32,000 nt of DNA from Erysipelotrichaceae bacterium. GTDB lineage: Bacteria > Bacillota_I > Bacilli_A > Erysipelotrichales > Erysipelotrichaceae. The stretch covers positions 30,001 to 62,000 of the forward strand of contig JAUVVC010000005.1 of NCBI GenBank assembly GCA_030604855.1. Reading direction: 5' to 3'. The position numbers were made by a program, and so were the translations under genes. A model generated the notes under the pieces. It worked only from the letters and a program-made list of their open reading frames with translations. It was not told the DNA's origin and did no database searches. This document shows positions 26,281 to 32,000 of this stretch, one piece after another. Position 1 is the first letter of the stretch. Every line of letters begins with the position of its first letter.

Positions 26281-27045
26281 ATGAAAAAGTTGATCTTTCT
26301 TATCGCAATGATCGTGTTTGCGACAATCTATGATCGATGGATTGCTTTTGCAATCTATGACGCATCCGCACAATGGGCTGATGTCTTTTACATCTATGGT
26401 GAGCTGCCGAGTATGTTTGTCACAAGCATCGCTTTTGCGCTTCTTGCACAGAGTGAGGATCGATTTAAATGGCTTCACCAGTTTTTGAGTTTTTTTGTAG
26501 GGACTTGGGCAGGCATCCAAGTTGCGAACCATGGCGATTATAATCGATTCTTGTGGGCTATGATCGCATTCGCCATCACCATTGGTATCCACTTAACCTT
26601 AAGCAAACGAAGTTTCAAGGATTTAGAAAAATATCATAATGTTTTTCTAGTCGTTGCTTGGACAGGTCTGCTCGCTTGGTTATCGCCACAAGTCATCAAA
26701 CTGATCTGGTATAGACCACGACCGTATCGTATGTTTGCGGGGGATAGCTTTCAAGCATGGTATGTCGGTTTCAGAGTCAGTCTCGAGAATGCGTATAAAT
26801 CATTTCCTTCAGGTCACAGTGCCGTTGCGGCTTCTCTCTTATCGTTGACGCAACTCAAGCCGATAATGAAGAAGAATCAATATACCTTGTTTAAGTGGAG
26901 TATTTACATCTATGTCATTTTGATGATGATTTCAAGAATGGTCAGAGGAGATCATTTTCTCAGTGATGTGTTGTTTGGGGGAATCCTCACGTTTGTTATA
27001 TTGAACTGTATATTATTCAAGCAAAAGAATACACAGAAGACATAA
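26281..27045 (+). CDS. PAP2-family membrane phosphatase (lipid phosphate / undecaprenyl-PP phosphatase type)
   Basis: 254 aa with the three PAP2 motifs KLIWYRPRP, PSGHS and SRMVRGDHFLSD. Confidence 0.85.
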   Translation: MKKLIFLIAMIVFATIYDRWIAFAIYDASAQWADVFYIYGELPSMFVTSIAFALLAQSEDRFKWLHQFLSFFVGTWAGIQVANHGDYNRFLWAMIAFAITIGIHLTLSKRSFKDLEKYHNVFLVVAWTGLLAWLSPQVIKLIWYRPRPYRMFAGDSFQAWYVGFRVSLENAYKSFPSGHSAVAASLLSLTQLKPIMKKNQYTLFKWSIYIYVILMMISRMVRGDHFLSDVLFGGILTFVILNCILFKQKNTQKT

Positions 27046-27055
27046 ATCGTTGAAC

Positions 27056-27089
27056 AGAAGACAGACTGAACCGTTTGTCTTCTTTTTTT
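27056..27089 (+). terminator. Rho-independent terminator after the PAP2 gene
   Basis: agaagaca / tgtcttct stem with a 12 nt loop, followed by a 7-T run. Confidence 0.65.
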
Positions 27090-27097
27090 GTTAGAAT
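27089..27097 (+). promoter_or_regulatory. Extended -10 element TGtTAGAAT, 6 nt upstream of the ATG at 27104 (leaderless geometry)
   Basis: The sequence reads tgttagaat-acaggt-ATG, with no convincing Shine-Dalgarno. Confidence 0.45.
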
Positions 27098-27103
27098 ACA
27101 GGT

Positions 27104-28129
27104 ATGCACATCAAACGTACACCCGACATCGATCAATTCATCAAACGATGCTTGAATAATTTGAACAATGAAACCAAGAATGAATTCTTGGGTTTGAACA
27201 TTGAGAATATCAACCATGATCGACTCCGCAAAGACATGGGAAAGGCAGGCTTTCAAGAATTTCAAAAAGACAAATCACAGTGGCCGTCGCTTTATCTAAG
27301 TACACAAGCCTACATTAAGAACCCCTATACTACCAACATCCGCTTTGATGATCTCTCGCAAACCGCCTTTAAATACACCCAAGAAACCATTGAGGCGCAT
27401 ACCTTGTTCAGTGTTTCCAGCATCATCGACGATGAAAATCGCGAACTTAATGACTGGATGATGTTAAGGGCGATGGATGAACCTTACCAAGCCACGTTCT
27501 TATGGCAAGATGATGAGGTGTGGATGCTGGATGCGCCTTCTGAAATGAACACCATAGAACCTTATGCTCGCAAAGCAAAAGGGAAGGTGTTGACCTTTGG
27601 TTTGGGCATCGGTTTCTATGTCTATATGGCGTTATTGAATGAAGATGTGGAAAGTGTCACGGTCGTGGAACACTCAAAAGAAGTGATTCATCTCTTCAAT
27701 ACAGTACTAAGACTTCAATTTCCAAGTAATAAAGAAATTACAATCATTCAAGGGGATGCCTTTGATTATTTCAACGAGCAGACCTTGAATCAATACGATT
27801 CTGTTTTTGTCGATATCTGGCAATCCAATGACGATGGCTTGATTTTGATCGAGAAGTTGCTTGAACAATACTTTCCACCTTATGAGAAGGTTGATTTCTG
27901 GATTGAATCCTCATGTATGGAAATCATGCATGCTTTAGTTTTTATGGTTCTAAAAGGAATTTTAGAAAACAAAGCCTACAAAAATAAAGATCCGATGTTA
28001 AACCGGATCGTGGGCAAGATCAACCACGCTCTCCAACAAAGTGATGAAGAAGTGGATAATGTGACTCGATTGAAAGAATTGATGTATGAACCTAGGTTCT
28101 TAAGAGCAATCCTTAGTCAAAGGGGATGA
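27104..28129 (+). CDS. Hypothetical protein with a spermidine-synthase-like / class I SAM-methyltransferase fold and an unrecognised N-terminal region of ~150 aa
   Basis: 341 aa. GKVLTFGLGIGFY (motif I, GxGxG), SVTVVEHSKEV (acidic residue after beta2), IIQGDAFDYF and DSVFVDIWQSND parallel the spermidine-synthase pattern VLIIGGGDG / V.VEID / GDG / DVIIVD. Confidence 0.55.
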   Translation: MHIKRTPDIDQFIKRCLNNLNNETKNEFLGLNIENINHDRLRKDMGKAGFQEFQKDKSQWPSLYLSTQAYIKNPYTTNIRFDDLSQTAFKYTQETIEAHTLFSVSSIIDDENRELNDWMMLRAMDEPYQATFLWQDDEVWMLDAPSEMNTIEPYARKAKGKVLTFGLGIGFYVYMALLNEDVESVTVVEHSKEVIHLFNTVLRLQFPSNKEITIIQGDAFDYFNEQTLNQYDSVFVDIWQSNDDGLILIEKLLEQYFPPYEKVDFWIESSCMEIMHALVFMVLKGILENKAYKNKDPMLNRIVGKINHALQQSDEEVDNVTRLKELMYEPRFLRAILSQRG

Positions 28130-28130
28130 G

Positions 28131-28421
28131 ATGAAAGTCAAAGAACACTACAACAGCTTCATTCCCAAGCTCTTTAAGGCTTCCGCCATTACCTTTGGAT
28201 CTCATATCTTTTATGTTCAGGCTGAGAACCAGATTTCAGCACGTCTACGCAGACATGAGATGGTTCATGTGGAGCAATACCAAAAAGATGGTCTCTTTGG
28301 TTTTTTGTACAGATATCTAAAGATATATTTCAAACTGAGAATGCAAGGGAAATCCCATATCATCGCTTATCACTCGATTCCATATGAAGAAGAAGCCTAT
28401 GCTAAAGAAAGACAGGCTTAA
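28131..28421 (+). CDS. Small HExxH protein, possibly DUF4157-like
   Basis: 96 aa with ITFGSHIFYV ... RRHEMVHVEQYQKDG ... PYEEEAYAKE. It starts 1 nt after the upstream stop, behind AAGGGGA, so the two genes appear translationally coupled. Confidence 0.5.
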   Translation: MKVKEHYNSFIPKLFKASAITFGSHIFYVQAENQISARLRRHEMVHVEQYQKDGLFGFLYRYLKIYFKLRMQGKSHIIAYHSIPYEEEAYAKERQA

Positions 28422-28441
28422 TATCAAATTAACGTAATCTA

Positions 28442-28450
28442 TGGCATAAT
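28442..28450 (+). promoter_or_regulatory. Extended -10 element TGgCATAAT upstream of the deacetylase gene
   Basis: The sequence tggcataat is at 28442-28450. The GAGGGA SD at 28467-28472 and the ATG at 28477 follow. Confidence 0.4.
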
Positions 28451-28476
28451 AGGGATGATTAGAAATGAGGGATATC

Positions 28477-29544
28477 ATGGTCATCCATGTTTATAAAAAT
28501 AGAATGAAGAAACATTATGCTATTTTGTTTGTGGCATTTTTGTTTGCGCTTGGGGCATGCACAAAAGCTGAAGTGGAAGTCGATAAAGAAGAACCCATAA
28601 AAGAACCTATCGAAGAAGTGGTTGAAAAGGTTGACCCAAAGGAAAAGATCGATTTAAGTTTAAAACCCAATGAAGCTGGCCAAATCATGGTTCTGATGTA
28701 TCACAACGTCGGGCCTGAAGAGAAGACCTGGGTCAGAACGCCGGAGAACTTCCGTAAGGATCTCGAATACCTCTATGAACAGGGTTATCGTCCCATTCGT
28801 TTGAGCGATTATGTCAGGGGACACATCACAACGGAAGCAGGGAAAACACCCATCGTCTTGACCTTTGATGATGCGAATCTCAATAATTTCAACTACTTGG
28901 AAGATGGAACCATCGATCCGGAGAGTGCGGTTGGCATCTTGGTTGAATTCAATAAGACGCATCCTGATTTTCCTCTTCACGCGAGTTTCTTCTCGAATGG
29001 GGTCAATCCATTCAGACAAAATGACTTGATCCAGAAGAAAATTGATTTCTTGCTAGAAAATGGCATGGATATCGGAAATCATTCCAAGGAACACATGAAT
29101 TTCAAGGATGCGACACAAGCCGATTTGGAGTATCAATTGGGTGCTCAGATTCAATATTTGAATCAATACCTACCCAACGATTACACCATCAATACCTTGG
29201 CTTTGCCTTATGGTTCAAGACCTAAAGACAAGTCCTTGGAAATCTACCTTCAAAAAGGAACGTATGAAGAACTTACGTATGAGCATATTGCCATTCTCAA
29301 TGTCGGTTGGATGCCGGCCTTAAGTCCGTTCCACACTGCCTTTGATCCTTTATCCATTCCACGTGTCCGTGCCAGTGAAATCGATGTGGATAATGTAGGC
29401 TTCATGAATTACCTCAAAGATTATGAAGCGAACCCTCAGAAACGTTTCATCAGCGATGGCGAAGCGACCGTCATCACCGTACCCTCAAGTTTTGCGGATA
29501 AACTAAATACCTCACTCCCGCTAGAAATCTACAGCTATGAATAA
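28477..29544 (+). CDS. Polysaccharide deacetylase (NodB homology) lipoprotein
   Basis: Lipobox FALGAC after a hydrophobic h-region. Catalytic-type motifs are MYHNV, LTFDDA and NHSKEH. The start is ambiguous among 28465, 28477 and 28504; 28477 has the best SD. Confidence 0.8.
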   Translation: MVIHVYKNRMKKHYAILFVAFLFALGACTKAEVEVDKEEPIKEPIEEVVEKVDPKEKIDLSLKPNEAGQIMVLMYHNVGPEEKTWVRTPENFRKDLEYLYEQGYRPIRLSDYVRGHITTEAGKTPIVLTFDDANLNNFNYLEDGTIDPESAVGILVEFNKTHPDFPLHASFFSNGVNPFRQNDLIQKKIDFLLENGMDIGNHSKEHMNFKDATQADLEYQLGAQIQYLNQYLPNDYTINTLALPYGSRPKDKSLEIYLQKGTYEELTYEHIAILNVGWMPALSPFHTAFDPLSIPRVRASEIDVDNVGFMNYLKDYEANPQKRFISDGEATVITVPSSFADKLNTSLPLEIYSYE

Positions 29545-31255
29545 ACACAAATCCCTCCTTATCTTAATGCTTGCCTTTGGACTCGTTTTAAGTTCGTGTT
29601 CGAAAGAAGAACCCACAAAAGATAAACCACCGATTAAAGAAGAAGTCAATCAAGAAGAATTGGATCGCTTGGAGCGTGAACGATTGATTGAAGAAAGACG
29701 TGTGTTGGAAGAAGAGCGCAAAGTGAGCTTGGGCGAATTCTACGTTCCACTGCCCGACATCGACGATCCAATTGAACCCTATACCGTTAAGGCAAAAGCC
29801 TTATATATGACATCGAATGTGGCGGGGTTCAACTTCAAAGAAGAAGACATCCGATACTATGCGGATTACATTTTGGCCTTAAGTGGTCAATCGGGTCAGC
29901 CTGTCGATGAGAGTCGACTGGATGATGTGAACAAGCTTGAAAAGATTTTAGGCATCATCGAGGCAACGGAAGTCAATGCCGTCGTCATTGATGTCAAAAA
30001 TGATCTTGGTTTGGTCGCGTGGAAGAGTGACATTGAAATCGTGAATACCGTGGGTTCCAACTGGAATACACCGATGAAGAATTTCAATGTGTTGATGGAC
30101 TATTTGAAATCCAAAGAAGTCTATACCATTGCTCGGATCGTTGCATTCAAAGATCCTTATTTTGCCGAAAACAATCCCGATCATTCCATTCAATTGAGTG
30201 CGGGCGGTGTATATAAAGATAAAGCAGGCTTTGCTTGGGTCAATCCCTTTGATGAGTACGTGTGGAAATATGTCGTAGCCATTTCACAAGAAGCCGCTTT
30301 AAGAGGTTTCGATGAGATCCAATACGACTACATCCGCTTCCCGGACAATGCGAAGTATTACAATGAGATCACGACCTTCCCAGGACGTAATGGACGGGAT
30401 AAAGATGAAGCCATTGAAGACTTCCTGATCTTCGCACAAGAAGCCCTGGAACCCTATCATGTGCATGTGTCGGCAGATGTCTTCGGTGTCATCACATGGA
30501 CCTGGGATGACAAACCTGAAGATATTGGTCAGACTTGGCGTAAGATTTCAAACAATACAGAGTATATCTGTCCAATGGTTTATCCAAGCCATTATGGTTC
30601 AGGTTTCTATGGATTCGATGTGCCTGATAAGTATCCTTATGAGGTCATACAAAATGCTTCACGTGAAGCCATCGAACGCAATGCGGCACAAAGAAATCCA
30701 GCGATCATTCGTAATTGGTACCAGGGTTTCACCGCGACTTGGGTCAAAGGCTACATTCCGTATGAAGAGGATGCGATCCAGAAACAAATCATTGCGGGTG
30801 TGGAGCTTGGCTTGGATGAGTATATCATCTGGAATGCAGGCAATACCTATTATCCTTTAAGTTTCTTCTATCACGACAAAGTGAATCACAATCTACGTCA
30901 AACCGGTTACGATATCTTGGGTAGAACAGCGGAAGAAGCACTGATTCGTTATTTGGATGCTCAACGCTTTAAACGAAACAATCACCTCTATCTTTTGACC
31001 CCAATGGATTTAAGAGCAGAAGATTATGATCAATATGTCTTGGACCATCAAGCAAAAGGAATCCAATTACTCAGCTACACGATCCAAAGTGTACAGGCTC
31101 AAGCGGATGGATCCAGTCTTGCGTCGGTGAAGGTCAATTATCAAACCGAGACACAAGAAGCGAAGTTGGATGATGCGAAGTTTAAGATCATTCTAGAGAA
31201 TGAAGTATACAAGATCGTACAGCCTGAACTCAGTTTCACGAATAAGACAAATTAA
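29537..31255 (+). CDS. Putative glycoside hydrolase lipoprotein (DUF4015 / GHL-type TIM barrel)
   Basis: 572 aa with a signal peptide and lipobox LVLSSCS, then a charged coiled linker (EELDRLERERLIEERRVLEEERK), then VVIDVKNDLG and EIQYDYIRFP motifs that I associate with DUF4015. It overlaps the deacetylase gene by 8 nt. Confidence 0.65.
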   Translation: MNKHKSLLILMLAFGLVLSSCSKEEPTKDKPPIKEEVNQEELDRLERERLIEERRVLEEERKVSLGEFYVPLPDIDDPIEPYTVKAKALYMTSNVAGFNFKEEDIRYYADYILALSGQSGQPVDESRLDDVNKLEKILGIIEATEVNAVVIDVKNDLGLVAWKSDIEIVNTVGSNWNTPMKNFNVLMDYLKSKEVYTIARIVAFKDPYFAENNPDHSIQLSAGGVYKDKAGFAWVNPFDEYVWKYVVAISQEAALRGFDEIQYDYIRFPDNAKYYNEITTFPGRNGRDKDEAIEDFLIFAQEALEPYHVHVSADVFGVITWTWDDKPEDIGQTWRKISNNTEYICPMVYPSHYGSGFYGFDVPDKYPYEVIQNASREAIERNAAQRNPAIIRNWYQGFTATWVKGYIPYEEDAIQKQIIAGVELGLDEYIIWNAGNTYYPLSFFYHDKVNHNLRQTGYDILGRTAEEALIRYLDAQRFKRNNHLYLLTPMDLRAEDYDQYVLDHQAKGIQLLSYTIQSVQAQADGSSLASVKVNYQTETQEAKLDDAKFKIILENEVYKIVQPELSFTNKTN

Positions 31256-31298
31256 AAAAAAGAACTTCATGTGTATGATACACGTGAAGTTCTTTTTA
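31255..31298. terminator. Strong bidirectional rho-independent terminator
   Basis: 15 bp stem at 31261-31275 / 31279-31293 (agaacttcatgtgta / tacacgtgaagttct, one G-U pair), flanked by an A-run and a T-run. Confidence 0.8.
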
Positions 31299-31301
31299 TG
31301 T

Positions 31302-32000
31302 CTAATTATCAACGCTGTACAAGACCCTCAGTGCTTCATCAACCGTCGTTTGTCCTTGTGAGACAAAACGCACCACTTCATCACGAAGCATCTGCATCTT
31401 CTTTTCTTCGGCATAGGAACGCATGACTTCCATCGGCGCATTCTTTGATATCAATTCTTCCAAATGATGATCGATCAATACAATCTCAAAGGCAGCCAAA
31501 CGACCGGAGAACCCAGTGTTGTTGCATTTATCACAACCTTGGGCATGATAGACAGTCTCAATTTCCGCTTTGAGCAGACGTTGCTCACTGGTTGTGATGG
31601 GATGCGCAGTCTTGCAATGCACACAAAGTTTCTTGATCAAACGCTGCGAGATGGCACAGACCAATGATGAACCGACTTTAAAGGGCTCAATGCCCATATC
31701 CACCAAACGCACAACAGAGGATAAAGCATCATTGGTATGAATCGTCGAGAGCACCAAGTGACCAGTGATGGCAGCGCGGATGGCGATTTCTGCGGTTTCC
31801 CCATCACGGATCTCCCCAATCATGATGATGTCGGGGTCCTGACGGAGGATGGATCGCAAGCCTGCCGCAAAGGTCAAACCGGTTTTCTGATTGACTTGAA
31901 CCTGGGTGATGCCTTCGAACTTTCGTTCGATGGGATCTTCTACCGTTTTAATCGCAACGGTGGATACCGCCAATTTCGCTAATATGGAATACAGAGTCGT
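31302..32000 (-). CDS. GspE/PilB/ComGA-family type II secretion / type IV pilus assembly ATPase, C-terminal part (the gene continues beyond the window)
   Basis: The frame stays open to the window edge (...TTLYSILAKLAVSTVAIKTVEDPIE...). Motifs are the Asp box, Walker B region (IIMIGEIRD), His box (GHLVLSTIHTND) and a tetracysteine CVHC...CDKC motif. Confidence 0.88.
   Translation of the reverse strand, partial: TTLYSILAKLAVSTVAIKTVEDPIERKFEGITQVQVNQKTGLTFAAGLRSILRQDPDIIMIGEIRDGETAEIAIRAAITGHLVLSTIHTNDALSSVVRLVDMGIEPFKVGSSLVCAISQRLIKKLCVHCKTAHPITTSEQRLLKAEIETVYHAQGCDKCNNTGFSGRLAAFEIVLIDHHLEELISKNAPMEVMRSYAEEKKMQMLRDEVVRFVSQGQTTVDEALRVLYSVDN

Noticed and set aside
27104-28421. The MTase-fold plus HExxH pair could be a toxin-antitoxin or phage-defence module.
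   Set aside because: I saw no nuclease, ATPase, helicase, TIR, SIR2 or Abi-type motifs, and no neighbouring mobile or defence genes. The sizes and order do not match known TA families. I kept it as an unknown-function pair instead.
170-29019. Many 60-200 aa ORFs in the six-frame track lie antisense to, or out of frame within, the long genes. Examples are 170-682(-), 1756-2364(-), 2389-2943(-), 4911-5339(-), 12837-13217(-), 13142-13519(-), 17955-18347(-), 19390-19779(-), 21949-22440(-), 23059-23409(-), 26254-26592(-) and 28660-29019(-).
   Set aside because: Each is fully embedded in a longer ORF with clear family motifs. They have no SD or promoter context and low-complexity or odd composition, which is typical of shadow ORFs.
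1-32000. This could be a Mollicutes-type genome using genetic code 4 (TGA = Trp).
   Set aside because: TGA terminates several well-conserved genes at their expected ends (purE, purK, purL, purD, acr3), so the standard code applies.

Overview
This is a dense bacterial chromosomal segment with no rRNA, tRNA, CRISPR array, transposase or integrase that I could recognise. The style is low-GC Gram-positive: AGGAG-type Shine-Dalgarno sites, TGn extended -10 promoters and lipoprotein lipoboxes. TGA is used as a stop codon, so this is the standard bacterial code and not the Mycoplasma code. There are three blocks. (1) 1-11428 holds a translationally coupled de novo purine operon, purE(partial)-K-L-C-F-M-N-H-D, with a single-chain large PurL. 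(2) 11431-26229 is a compact thiol-redox and oxyanion-handling supercluster. It contains a TusA-like gene; a divergent LysR regulator next to a split YeeE/YedE transporter with an intercalated second TusA/YedF-like gene; and an atypical thioredoxin-reductase-like flavoprotein carrying a cysteine-free Trx-like tail. It also contains an ArsR / ArsP-like permease / CNNC mini-thioredoxin module, and a tight arsR / CoA-disulfide-reductase-rhodanese / acr3 / arsC operon in which ArsC is fused to an unrecognised ~210-220 aa domain. The remaining genes are a Cys-rich DUF2703-like protein, a cupin, a DUF401-like membrane protein and a padR-MFS-chrA operon. (3) 26269-32000 holds envelope genes: a PAP2 phosphatase, a spermidine-synthase-like methyltransferase-fold protein coupled to a 96 aa HExxH mini-protein, two lipoproteins (a NodB-type deacetylase and a DUF4015-like glycoside hydrolase), and the 3-prime part of a GspE/PilB-family ATPase. 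The observations most worth follow-up are listed here. First, the ArsC-unknown domain fusion. Second, a CoADR-rhodanese gene embedded in an ars operon. Third, a 20 bp 8-4-8 palindrome (ATATAGAT-N4-ATCTATAT) present four times, which links the first arsR, the permease promoter and the DUF2703-like gene 6 kb away. Fourth, the atypical TrxR-like enzyme. Fifth, four gene starts with leaderless-mRNA geometry. All calls come from reading the sequence and recalling family motifs; no database search or computation was run.
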